Assembly (NCBI RefSeq): GCF_009914755.1
Contig: NC_060926.1
DNA from: the human T2T-CHM13v2.0 reference genome, Homo sapiens
Reading direction: 5' to 3' (one strand)
DNA length: 64,000 nt
Shown: one piece after another, positions 10,522-22,869 of the stretch
Numbering within the stretch: position 1 is the first letter of the stretch
How the letters are laid out: the number at the start of each line of letters is the position of its first letter
The notes under the pieces: generated by a model
Seen by the model: the letters and a program-made list of their open reading frames with translations, nothing else
Databases searched by the model: none
What the model was told of the DNA's origin: nothing
Program-made: the position numbers and the translations under genes

Positions 10522-12310
10522 TTGGCAACCGATCATGTACCCCTTACCATCTCATTAAAACCTAATCACCCTTACCCCACTCAATGCCAATATCCCATCC
10601 CAAAGCACGCTTTAAAAAGATTAAAGCCTGTTACCACTCGCCTGCTACAGCATGGCCTTTTAAAGCCTATAAACTCTCCTTACAATTCCCCCATTTTACC
10701 TGTCCTAAAACCAGACAAGCCTTACAAGTTAGTTCAGGATCTGCGCCTTATCAACCAAATTGTTTTGCCTATCCACCCCGTAGTGCCAAACCCATATACT
10801 CTCCTATCCTCAATACCTCCCTCCACAACCCATTATTCTGTTCTAGATCTCAAACATGCTTTCTTTACTATTCCTTTGCACCCTTCATCCCAGCCTCTCT
10901 TCGCTTTCACTTGGACTGACCCTGACACCCATCAAGCTGAGCAAATTACCTAGGCTGTACTGCCGCAAAGCTTCACAGACAGCCCCCATTACTTCAATCA
11001 AGCCCAAATTTCTTCCTCATCTGTTACCTATCTCGGCATAATTATCATAAAAACACACGTGCTCTCCCTGCCAATCGTGTCCAACTGATCTCTCAAACCC
11101 AAGCACCTTCTACAAAACAACAACTCCTTTCCTTCCTAGGCAAGGTTAGCACGGTCAGAATTCTTACACAAGAGCCAGGACCACACCCTGTAGCCTTTCT
11201 GTCCAAACAACTTGACCTTACTATTTTAGCCTAGCCCTCATGTCTGTGTGCAGCAGCTGCCGCTGCTTTAATATTTTAGAGGCCCTCAAAATCACAAACT
11301 GTGCTCTACTCACTCTCTACAGTTCTCATAACTTCCAAAGTCTATTTTCTTCCTCATACCTGACGCATATACTTTCTGCTTCCCGGCTCCTTCAGCTGTA
11401 CTCACTCTTTGTTGAGTCTCCCACAATTACCATTGTTCCTGGCCCAGACTTCAATCTGGCCTCCCACATTATTCCTGATACCACACCTGACCCCCATGAC
11501 TGTATCTCTCTGATCCACCTGACATTCACATTTCCCCAAATTTCCTTTTTTCCTGTTCCTCACCCTGATCACGCTTGATTTATTGATGGCGGTTCCACCA
11601 GGCCTAATCGCCATACACCAGCAAAGGCAGGTTATGCTATAGTACAAGCCACTAGCCCACCTCTTAGAACCTCTCATTTCCTTTCCATCGTGGAAATCTA
11701 TCCTCAAGAAAATAACTTCTCAGTGTTCCATCTTCTATTCTACTACTCCTCAGGGATTATTCAGGCCCCCTCCCTTCCATACACATCAAGCTCGAGGATT
11801 TGCCCCACCCAAGCCTGGCAAATTAGCTTTACTCAACATGTCCTGAGTCAGATAACTAAAATACCTCTTATCTAGGTAGACACTTTCACTGGATAGGTAC
11901 AGGCCTTTCCTACAGGGTCTGAGAAGGCCACCGCAGTCATTTCTTCCATTCTGTTAGACATAATTCCTCAGTTTAGGCTTCCCACCTCAATACAGTCTGA
12001 TAACAGATGAGCCTTTATTAGTCAAATCAGCCAAGCAGTTTTTCAGGCTCTTAGTATTCAGTGAAACCTTTACATCCCTTATGGTCCTCCATCTTCAAGA
12101 AAAGTAGAATGGACTAAAGGTCTTTTAAAAACATACCTCACCAAGCTCAGCCACCAACTTAAAAGGGACTGGACAATACTTTTACCACTTTCCCTTCTCA
12201 GAATGCAGGCCTGTCCTCAGAATGCTACAGGGTACAGCCCATCTGAGCTCCTGTACAGACGCTCCTTTTTATTAGGTCCCAGTCTCATTCCAGACACCAG
12301 ACCAACTTAG
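10522..12310 (+). pseudogene. pol: HERV-H pol relic (RT N-terminal half, RNase H fragment, integrase fragment)
   Basis: ORF 10522-10953 has PYNSPILPVLKP, LVQDLRLIN, VLDLKHAFFTIPL and FAFTW; LPQSF follows a stop and no YxDD is seen. RNase H-like FIDGGS...AGYAIV at ~11580-11645. Integrase-like VDTFTG*VQAFP, IQSDN and GYSPSELLY at ~11875-12260. Confidence 0.92.
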
Positions 12311-12329
12311 ACTGTGCCCCAAAAAAACT

Positions 12330-12830
12330 TGTCATCCCTCCTATCTTCTGTGTAGTCATACTCCTATTCACCATTCTCAACTACTCATACAGGCCCTGCT
12401 CTTGTTTACAGTGCTGGTTTACACTGTTTTTCTAAGCCATCACAGCTGATATCTCCTGGTGCTATCCCCAAACTGCCACTCTTAACTCTTGAAGTAAATA
12501 AATGATCTTTGCTGGCAGGACTACGCTGAATCTCCTTGGGCACTCTCTAATCAGATATCCTGAGTCATCCCAATTCTTAGACCTTTTATACCTGTTTTTC
12601 TCCTTCTGTTATTCCATTTAGTTTCTCAATTCATCCAAAACCGTATCCAGGCCATCACCAATCATTCTATACGACAAATGTTTCTTCTAACATCCCCACA
12701 ATATCACCCCTTACCACAAGACCTCCCTTCAGCTTAATCTCTCCCACTCTAGGTTCCCACGCCACCCCTAATCCCGCTTGAAGCAGCCCTGAGAAACATC
12801 GCCCATTCTCTCTCCATACCACCCCCCAAA
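12330..12830 (+). pseudogene. env: Short env remnant (most of env deleted)
   Basis: Only ~0.5 kb lies between integrase and the PPT. It includes the HERV-H TM C-terminal-like reading SQFIQNRIQAITNHSIRQMFLLTSPQYHPL. Confidence 0.65.
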
Positions 12831-12886
12831 AATTTTCACCGCCCCAACACTTCAACACTATTTTGTTTTATTTTTCTTATTAATAT

Positions 12887-12899
12887 AAGAAGGCAGGAA
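12887..12899 (+). other. Polypurine tract
   Basis: AAGAAGGCAGGAA immediately before the TG of the 3' LTR. Confidence 0.9.
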
Positions 12900-13359
12900 T
12901 GTCAGGCCTCTGAGCCCAAGCCAAGCCATCGCATCCCCTGTGACTTTCACATATATGCCCAGATGGCCTGAAGTAACTGAAGAATCACAAAAGAAGTGAA
13001 TATGCCCTGCCCCACCTTAACTGATGACATTCCACCACAAAAGAAGGGTAAATGGCCAGTCCTTGCCTTAAGTGATGACACTTGGTATTACCTTGTGAAA
13101 GTCCTTTTCCTAGCTCATCCTGGCTCAAAAAGCACCCCCACTGAGCACCTTGCCACACCCACTCCTGCCCGCCAGAGAACAAACCCCCTTTGACTGTAAT
13201 TTTCCTTTACCTCCCCAAATCCTATAAAACGGCCCCACCCCTATTTCCCTTCCCTGACTCTCTTTTCGGACTCAGCCCGCCTGCACCCAGGTGAAATAAA
13301 CAGCCATGTTACTCACACAAAGCCTGTTTGGTGGTCTCTTCACACAGACGCGCATGAAA
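12900..13359 (+). promoter_or_regulatory. 3' LTR7 (polyadenylation signal; potential secondary promoter)
   Basis: Copy of 7435-7887 with ~15 substitutions and a 7-bp insertion (13081-13087). TATAAAA and AATAAA are intact. Confidence 0.95.
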
Positions 13360-13860
13360 GCTACCAGCCACCAAGTCAAGATGAGAGGGACTGGAATTCT
13401 AAATATTACCAGCCTTTATTCCAGAGGTCATAAGATTTGCAACTTCCTCAATTACTCTTGAAGATAACATCACTATTGGGAACCTAAGATCGGCCTTTTG
13501 AGATGTCTTTTCAGGTTTTTGCATTTCTAACAACCGGATGGCCCCATCTGGACTTGCCAACCAGTTCTGTGGCCACCACCCAGGAACTAACTCAGCAGAA
13601 GAGAACCACTTCTATTCCCTATGAGTTCATCCCTGAGCTAACCAATCACCACTCCTAATTCACCAGCCCCCTACTCACCAAATTATCCTAAAAAGCTCTG
13701 ATTCCCAGGTTTTCAGAGAGACTGATTTAAGTAATAGTAAAACTCCAGTCTCCCACACAGCTGGCTCTGGGTGATTACTCTCTGTCTATTGCAGTTCCCC
13801 TGTCTTGATAAATCGGCTCTGTCTAGGCAGTGGGCAAGGTGAACCCCTTGGGCAGTTTCC
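13360..13860 (+). mobile_element. LTR8-family solo LTR, 3' part
   Basis: Resumes after the HERV-H TSD and ends ...ctctgtctaggcagtgggcaaggtgaaccccttgggcagtttcc (LTR8-type 3' end), followed by TSD TATG (13861-13864). Confidence 0.85.
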
Positions 13861-14212
13861 TATGGGGAATGGTGCCTATAGCACAGAGTTGTGAGAATCA
13901 GGCGGGAAGGGGTTCTGTCCCTGCTCCTCAGATGTCCTTGACGTGTTCTCACTGCAATGCCTTTCTGCAGCCTCATTTTGGCTCCATGCTTCTTCTTAGG
14001 CTCCATCGTCTCTTCAACCATCCAGGGAGTGCACTTGGTATTTATTTTTCATCCATTTCAAATGTATAAAGTTTTCACCTTTTTGGGCTTATATACACAC
14101 TACATAAAATATCCCAGTTACAGAAATATTCAAAATGGAATGTAGAACTTGGAGCCATGAAACCTAGGTTTGAGTCTGGCTTGGCCAGTTGCATGGAGGA
14201 TAACTGTGAAGA

Positions 14213-14766
14213 TGTTACAGGAAAGGGGTTCCAATCCAGATCCCAAGAGAGGGTTCTTGGATCTCGCACAAGAAAAAATTCAGGGCGAGTCCATAGAGTA
14301 AAGTGAAAGCAAGTTTATGAAGAAAGTAAAAGAATAAGAGAATGGCTACTCCATAGACAGAGCAGCCCCAAGGATTGATGGTTGCCCATTTTTATGGCTA
14401 TTTCTTGGTGATATGCTAAACAACAGGCAGATTATTCATGCCTCCCCTTTTTTGACCATATAGGGTAACTTCCTAACGTTGCCATGGAATTGGTAAACTG
14501 TCATGGCGCTGGTGGGAGTGTAGCAGTCAGGACGACCAAAAGTCACTCTCATCGCCATCTTGGTTTTGATGGGTTTTGGCTGGCTTCTTTACTGCAACCT
14601 GTTTTATCAGCAAGGTCTTTATGACCTGTATCTTGTGCTGACCTCCTATCTCATCCTGTGACTTAGAATATCTTAACCACCTGGGAATGCAGCCTGGTAG
14701 ATCTTAGCCTCATTTTACCCAGACACTACTGAAGCTGGAGTTGCTCTGGTTCAAATACCTCTGACA
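14213..14766 (-). mobile_element. MER41A solo LTR
   Basis: Reverse strand starts TGTCAGAGGTATTTGAACCAGAGCAACTCC. Length 554 bp. The AAGGGGAGGCATGAATAAT junction lacks the GAS-containing segment of MER41B. Confidence 0.9.
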
Positions 14767-16313
14767 GAAATGTCACTAAACTTTGCAAGGACATCAGGGC
14801 ATGAAAATCACAGACAGGAGACCACCACATGAGTGTAGCTGAGAACTAAAGCGAAGCCAGGAAATGGAGAAAAAAATGACAGATGCAAAAAAAGAAAAAA
14901 AAGAAATCTAAAAAAAAAGCAGACAAGGCTAGTCACCTGACCAATTATGGGGCCTGGACCTGGGACAGTGGGAGAAGTCATATTTGTCTGGCAGGCCTGC
15001 ATGAACAAAGATAGCAAGGAGAGAAAGACAGACAATAGGATGAGGAAAACGTCTGGGGAGACAGATTGAGTTTTGCATTAGACATCCTGAGTCTCAATGC
15101 AGTGGGGGTGTTCAGTGCAATTAGCCCTTCAGGCTGGCTCAGCATTAGGGATATAAATGCTGATCATTTTCCAGGAGAGGCAGTGGTTTGGTTGAGTTCT
15201 CCACAGAACAGATAGGGTTAAAAAAAAGGGAGCACAGAGTTCTAGAATCCATTGCAATGAGATGCGGGAGATAGAGCCAGTGATATATTCACAGAAGCAG
15301 GACTAGAGAAATAGAAAGTAACCAGAGTTCTGTATTTCCCCAAAGCCTCAGGGCCAAAGTAGAAAAACAAAGGAGGGGACATAGGAGGGAAAAGTTAGTA
15401 GAGAGAAACAGTGTTCAAAGAAACAGAAATTTGAAGAAATAGAGATGAAGGAAAGGCACCTGATCAGTCCTGATCATCTCTAAAGGGCTCTCTCTTCTGC
15501 CCTAGTCCTTCACAGCAGGGCTGTCAGGTAAGCTCTCCACTCCCGCATCAGTAAGGACAGCTCCCATAGGCTCTGTGTACAAGGTTTTTTGGTAAGACTT
15601 TATCCTTTAAATTTTAAAGGTACCGGTCTCTGTCCTAGGAGTTGGGGACCCCTGCTTTTAAAGGATGCCTTTACCTGATGATAAAAAGTAGAACATTTAA
15701 GTAGAAATGAGTAGGCATTTACTGAGGCAACTACTCAGTATCTATTATACTACCCTGATCAAATTCCCATATAAACATATGGATAACTCACTATTTTCTC
15801 CTCCCACACTCATTCTGTCCTGGTTTCTAAACTCCAGTGTAGGTGGTGCCTCCAGCTTCCTCCAGTGATTTGCCTCCTGGCATTTGGTGGCATGGTTCTC
15901 CTTCATGGCTCCCAACACAGTGCTCCAGCTCCTGGGCCCCACCTCTAGGTCTGATCATGGAAGAGGAAAGATCTACATCAGTATTGTTTCAATTTAATGA
16001 AGAATCTCAGAACAGGAAGTTTAGGAATGAGTGTGAAATGATGTTCGGAGTACGTCTTCATTGCTTTGCTTGGGACAAAATGGCAAGGAGACAGTATGTG
16101 GGGCAGGCAGGAATGGCAAAATTAAGAGAAATGCTGATTTATTTTGACTTGTCATTTCCAGATTGGAGGAAACAAGCACATGTTACAAGGTCAAAATAAA
16201 GCTGTCAGAGAAAATAAAGAGGTGAAATGAGTTAGAGAGAGATCCTGGAACACAGTGAGCAAACAGAATGCATGAGACCATCAGCAAGAGGGAGGTCTTA
16301 AAGAAGAAACTTT

Positions 16314-16687
<374 letters not shown>

Positions 16688-18717
16688 CTAAAAGGAGAAG
16701 AGGAGAATGAGAATGGAGAGAAAATTGTTTGGATGTGGGAGGGCATTAGATTCCTTCAATCTCAGCCTCAAAAATAGCCTGAGAATCTTTATATCAAATA
16801 AAGCAGAAACAAGAAAGAGAGAAGGGAGGGAATAAGGTAGAAAGTTTGTTGAACACTCAGGATTTATATGCATTTGCATATTTAACTATCATCCTACTAA
16901 ACCAGGTAGGTTTGCATGACCGGGAGAAGGTAAATAATTGTCCTTGAAGTCAAATGTTAGTTTGCGGTTCAATTAGGACTTGGATGTGGATCTGTCCAAG
17001 TCCATAGGTTACATTTCTCCATTTAGTTTTTTTCTCTCTTTTTCTCTACATCTTCCACTCTTGTTTCTCCTGCCATCAACAATTTTTTTTTCAGTGAATT
17101 TATATAAGGGCAAATATTCTTCTATGATCTCATGAGCTACCGCCAAGAAAATTTTTCACATTTGCTTACATCTACAAATAAATAAGAACACGATTTTATT
17201 TCCTGGAATCAAAAAATTACCTATATATAAATCAAATACTTTTTTTCTCATAGGTTTCCTTTCTCAGTAAAGCCACCGTGTTCTATGGCCAATGATGCTA
17301 CCTCCTCAGCATTCTCCTTAAATCCAGTCTTGCTGTCTCTCTTCCTCTTCTTCTTGTGGTTCAAAGCCTTATCTTCACTCGCCTGGAAGACCTTTACATA
17401 TTCCTCCAGCTTTTTCTCTTACCAATCTTCATCTCCCTTACTGTCACCCTATTATCCTACATCACCTTAGACATGTGGATTTATTTCTTATACAAAGAAT
17501 TTGACTGTATTCTCACATTCATGTTCAGCCTTGCCCCACTTTCTGAATGACCATCTATCTCCCTCCTCCACCCTGGCACACCTCGCTGGCAAACACCTAC
17601 TCAGCCTTCAATTCCTGCTGAGGAGGCTTTCCTGAGCAATTCTCTTCTGTTCTCCCCCCAGTAGAATTGCATTCTATTCTCCACGGAATTCCATCAGAGA
17701 AGCTGTAACATATCGTTATACTTATTTGCTTATCTTCTACCCTTACTAACCTGTGAGCACACTGGGAACAGAAGCACCCAATTCATCTTTGCATCCCAGA
17801 GCTGGGCACATGTTTGTTGAAAGAATGAATCAGTCAATCATTCAAGGTTGATCAAAAGTAACCTTAACTGAATAACCTCATATTTTTTTCTGGTCTACAT
17901 TAAACTTGGTCATGCTGGCAATTGGAATTAGAACCTTTGTAAATACAAACCTAAACAAATCACATTTTAAAAGAAACTCCTTTTGGTTTTGTTCTTTTCT
18001 TGGATGCTTTCTTCTGCCCATCAGAATTTAGGATGGAAACTTGAATAGGCAATTAGCATGACAGCCCCAGTGATTACTCCCATAAGCTACAGTCCTTAAG
18101 TGGTAGAAAATAGAGGCCTTGGGTAGACTTGAGTGTATTTCCTTATTAGGAAATCACAGTGATTTCATGAAAGTCACAAAGGAAATGTTTTTACTGAGAA
18201 ATAGCATGCTGTAACTAATGAGGAAAGGAAAAAAGTATGTATTTTTAAATCCCACATACTAACACTATGTCTAACAATGAAATTATGTATTCAGGAAATT
18301 CTAAGCTTACACTTGGCCCAGTTGAACAGAGAGATATTAATTTATCTGAAGCCCCAGTGTATAAAAAGACATCTGACATGGTCATGGCTTGCAGCACTGT
18401 GTCTGTTATCAGTTTCAGGGGCACTTTCCCAGGCATGCCGTCATGGAATCCTCACAATGGGTAGGTGGCTTTCACATGTTTAACAGAAATGGGAATTGAG
18501 GCTGTGATTTTTAAAGCAGCTTGTCTGAAAACATGCAGTGGTCAGACCAGAGCCAAGACATGAGCCATGTCTGCCTGCTTGTCACAGCTCCAGAGCTGTA
18601 CTCCTATGACAGTGTGCAGACCACATATTGTAACTCAAATAAATTAACCTAGAGATTAGTATGAAATTGTTTATATGATTACTAAAATACATGGTAGAAG
18701 CTTATTGAGTATCTTTG

Positions 18718-18970
18718 TTTTTTTTTTGAGATGGAGTCTTGCTCTGTCACTCAGGCTGGAGGGGAGTGGTGTGATTTCAGATCATTGATTGCAACCTCTG
18801 CCTCCTGGGTTCAAGCAATTCTTCTGCCTCAGCCTCCCAAGTAGCTGGAATTACAGGCACCCACCACCACTCCTGGCTAATTTTTGTATTTTTAGTAGAG
18901 ATAGGGTTTCACCATGTTGGTCAAGCTTGTCTCAAACTCCTGACCTCAAGTGATCCACCCGCCTCTGTCC
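18718..18970 (-). mobile_element. 5'-truncated AluS with intact TSD
   Basis: Antisense Alu lacking the first ~35-40 nt. TSD TTGAGTATCTTTG (18705-18717, 18971-18983). Confidence 0.95.
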
Positions 18971-19621
18971 TTGAGTATCTTTGAAACTCTCTTGAATAAC
19001 CCTTGAAAAATGAATTTTAAATGAAAAAAAAAAGGAGGAAAATAAAGCTTGGGACACAAGCAACTCTGGCTCTAGTCCTGGCTTTGATGACAAATTCACA
19101 GTTTGCCCTTGAGTGAGTCATTTTTTCAGGCTTGACCTAAGTCAAATAAGATGTTTGGGCTTTGTAATTTCAAAAGTGCATCTATCTCTGGCTATCTTAT
19201 GCTATGGGAAAGAAGGCAAGACTAAAGAATAAAATATTCTGGATATCCTTGCAATGACCAATTCTTAAACTGGAAAGAATCCTCAGCAGGGTTGACAGTG
19301 GCTGATCAGCACCCATCATCCACCAACATTCACTTTTAAATAAATGAATTAATGAATGAATCAGTTATCCCTTCTTATAATTTTACTTGGGTTCAATTTT
19401 TAAGAAATTTATATTCCTGTGCATGTTTTTTACATCTTGTCTATGTCCTGGTGTCGACCAACGTGGACAATGTAAATCAGGATAGCATTAGAACAAAGCA
19501 AGAAAGATGTACAGAGGGGAACGGAATTAACAGCACATAATAGTGACATCTCAGCTCAGCCAAGGCAGAAGGGCAATTGTCAGGAAGGCTTTTGTGAATC
19601 ACTGACTTCGTAAAGTGTTGA

Positions 19622-19929
19622 TTTTTTTTTTTTTTAATTTGAGGTGGAGTCTCGCTCTGTTGCCCATGCTGGTGTGCTGGTGTGCATTGGCGTGATCTCG
19701 GCCCACTGCAACCTCAGCCTCCTGGGTTTGAGTGATTCTCCTGCCTCAGCCTCCCGAGCAGCTGGGAGTACAGGCATGCACCATGACACCTGGCTAATTT
19801 TTGTATTTTTAGTAGAGACAAGGTTTTGCAATGTTGGCCAGGCTGGTCTCGAATTCCTGACCTCAAGTGATCCACCTGCCTTCCACCTCCCAAAGTGCTG
19901 GGATTACAGGCGTGAGCCACCGTGCCCAG
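19622..19929 (-). mobile_element. AluS SINE
   Basis: Antisense full-length Alu with an internal 8-bp duplication (gctggtgt x2) and a degenerate TSD (aa.tgttgat). Confidence 0.96.
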
Positions 19930-20544
19930 AAAATGTTGATATTGTTTATTCGATCCTTTTGTACAAACAGATCTTTTCTTCTTCAAATATTTTCTTACTT
20001 TAAGCAGTGAGAACACAAAAATGTCGTGAATGTAACTTTTCTTCTTAACAACTGTAAAGAAGAAGGAAATCCACATGGTCCACAGCTTGTAAAAAGTCTT
20101 TAGAACGCCCTTATATAAGCCTTGGTGTCATGTCCAGAATTCTTTTTTCAATACTATATATCCATAGTTTCTATCTATTGGAAAACACCAAGCTCTGTTC
20201 ATTTCTGTAATGCATACCATTCTGATCTTAGTTATACACTCAACACCTCTCTCTGATCCGAGGTATTGATAGCAACCTCTTGACTCCTATTAACTCAATC
20301 GGTATTTAAACAAAATCTGTGGGTTAAGAGCACAACTCAATGCATTCAGGCAACACATTCCAAATGTCAGGTTCTGGGCACTGAAGATACAGTGACAAAC
20401 ACACACAAACTCTTGCCCTGGATGGCTTCTCTTGCTAATGGGGAAGACAAAGATGTAAAACGGCTCTAATAAAAATAAAGTGTATGGCATAGTGAGCTTT
20501 ACAGGAAGGGCCACCTGATTCAGAATGAAAGAGGGTTTGGTTTG

Positions 20545-20910
20545 CATAAACTCAGTTATGTGATGATAACAAATAACCTTAAAATCTTAGCAGTTTACTA
20601 TAAGCCCTGATTGGTTGCTCATTTCACATAATGATCACAGGCTAATTTAGGATTGGCTTGATGCCATCTTTATTCTGCAATCCAAGCTAAAGGAAGAGCC
20701 TCTGGAACATGTGGGTCTCCTGCCAGAGACAAAATGGCAGATGGCGTGATGGGTCAGCAGGGGCACTGCCACTTCCTGTTGTACTTCATTGTACCTCATT
20801 GGCCAAAACAAGTCACATGGACAAGACTGACAGCAAGGGCTGAATTTATTTAATGTTCCACAGGGAGGGGCCCAATAAGGAGCAGTGTCAACCATTTTGA
20901 ACAATAATAT
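20545..20910 (-). mobile_element. Old MLT1 (MaLR) LTR, MLT1J/K-like
   Basis: 'gataacaaataaccttaaaatcttagcagtttac' and 'cattggccaaaacaagtcacatggacaagactga' are old MLT1 hallmarks. Boundaries approximate. Confidence 0.6.
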
Positions 20911-21769
20911 AGCCCACCTCAGGGGAAAATGCCATTGATTATGGCTAGTGCATAAGGTAACAGGGAGTGTCTGTGAGAGCTGAGACTTGATATTAAGGCA
21001 GAAAATAGATAATTGGAAACTTTATAGCCCTAAAGAGCTTGGGTTTGATTCTATGAACAATAGTAAAATTGGTGGGTTTTTGCTTGAGATGAAGGAAAGA
21101 GATGGTATAGACAAAGGTCCAGTTTAAACACATTACCCATATGTGTTGTGGAGAATGGTTTGTATGCAAGGGACAGTTGACAAGCTGAGGCTGGGAGGCT
21201 GCTGAGGAATTAATGGAGGAATAAGCTCAGGTGGTGGAGGTGGAGTTGGAGAGGAAAGAGAGACTCAGGAGCTTGCAGGGGCAGCTTAACTACACTTTAT
21301 GTAGATTAGACACATGGATAGAATGCAATTATTCTTTATTCCATGAAATATTAATGCTAAAAAAATGTCTACTTTGCTTGCAAAATACAATGGAGGAAAG
21401 ACAATAGATGGCTAGTGTTAGACTCTATGAGGCTCCAGAAGATCTGACAGAGTCTTGGACTCTCTGTTGTAGCTCTCAAAAGTGCAGTACAGACAATGAG
21501 GGATGAGAAGCCAAAGCCAGATTTACTGGGTGACCTAAGTGTCACTCACAGAGCTATCTTATGGTTTGCAGAATACTTCACAATTCACTACATGGAAATG
21601 TTGAAGCTTTGGAGGCTTTGGTGTAAGACCCACCTGAAATGCAGATTTGGCTACCTACAAGCTTGTTGACCTTGGGCAATTACTATATCTCCTTGAGCCA
21701 ATTTCCTAATCTATAAGGAAGGTGGTAGGGAGAAAAGGAGAAATAAGGGAAATAAAGAAGAAAGGATGG

Positions 21770-22255
21770 TATATTAGGGTTCTTGAGAGAAACAGAACTA
21801 GCAGCATGTGTGTGCATATATGTAGGTATATGTGCGTGTGTGTGTGTGTGCATACATGTCCGTACAGAAAGAGAGAAAGAGAGAGAGAAATTTATTTCAA
21901 CGAACTGGCTTACACAATTGTGGAGGTTTTGTGTGTTCAAAACCTAATGGGATAGGCTGGCAGGCTGGAGACTCACAGAAGAGTTACAGTTCTAGTTCGA
22001 AGGCAGTCTGCTGGCAGAATTCCTTCTGCTCAAGGGAGGTCAAACTTTTGTTCTATGCAGACCTTCAACTGATTGGAAGAAGTTCACCCATATTATGGAG
22101 TGCAATTTCTTTTTCTCAAAGTCTACACTTTAAACTTTTTATAATAAATGTTAATCTCCTCCAAAAAACACCTCACAGAAACATGTAGAATAATGTGTGA
22201 ACAAATAGCTGGGCACGGTGGCCCAGCCAAGTGATATATAACATTAACTATCACA
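21770..22255 (-). mobile_element. MLT2 (ERVL) solo LTR
   Basis: tatattagggttcttgagagaaacagaac ... acattaactatcaca, with internal (TG)/(GA) repeats typical of MLT2. Near-TSD GATGG/GAAGG. It interrupts a MIR. Confidence 0.88.
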
Positions 22256-22690
22256 GAAGGGAAAGAAGAAAGAAAGAGAAGGAAAGGAAAAAATTAAGAA
22301 AAACTGTGATCATCTATGTAAAAATAATAGGACCTAGTAGTGACTCACCAAACTGTAGTTTATTTTATTAATCTTGTTGTCATGATATTCTTTTTATCTG
22401 TTTATCCATCTCTATTTTACAAATGACAATTTGAGATTTGGAGATAAATCCCCTGATCAAAGACATACAGCCTCTCTCTTTCCTGTCTGTCCTACTGAGG
22501 TCATTCCGTCAATCACTGGATAAGCTTGGTCATTTATCAGTCTTTGGTTAATTCTGAGATGGACAAAATATTCAGGTTTTGTATGTAACAGACTTAGTTC
22601 CCTGTTTGGCAAGACCAATCAGAATGATCACTTAAGAGTATAATAGAATTCATTTGTAAATAACAGAAACAAAACCTGACCTAGTTTAAA

Positions 22691-22869
22691 TTGTTGAGTG
22701 GGGCTCCAGAGCTTCCATCTCTGCATGAGAGGAGCTAAGAGTGTCAACAGGCTTTGTTTCTGTGGACGTCATCAACTCATTTGCTGATTTAACAGGACAT
22801 TATAAACATACACTACATATTGTATATGCCTAGCATAGCACTAGGCTTTGGAGGAACCCAGAGAGGTAG
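22691..22869 (+). repeat. Inverted repeat, arm 1 (pairs with 24651-24829)
   Basis: 179 bp; ungapped reverse complement of 24651-24829 with ~15 mismatches by hand count. Confidence 0.95.

Larger units (their letters stand above)
7435..13359 (+). mobile_element. HERV-H provirus (LTR7-HERVH-int-LTR7), deleted non-coding type, ~5.9 kb
   Basis: Two ~455-bp LTRs (TGTCAGGCCTCTGAGCCCAAG...CATGAAA), 5-bp TSD GCTAC (7430-7434, 13360-13364), His-tRNA PBS, PPT, and gag/pro/pol/env relics in retroviral order. Confidence 0.98.

Noticed and set aside
10114-12310. Functional protease, reverse transcriptase or integrase
   Set aside because: Catalytic motifs are mutated or missing, with many stops and frameshifts.
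14213-14766. MER41 as an interferon-gamma-inducible STAT1 enhancer
   Set aside because: The junction around 14420-14450 lacks the tandem-GAS segment of MER41B. This is the GAS-less MER41A form.
19634-20076. Alu-overlapping ORFs (also 2359, 16445, 32139, 34762, 36067, 41162, 62285)
   Set aside because: Standard Alu translation artefacts (e.g. [21 protein letters not shown]).
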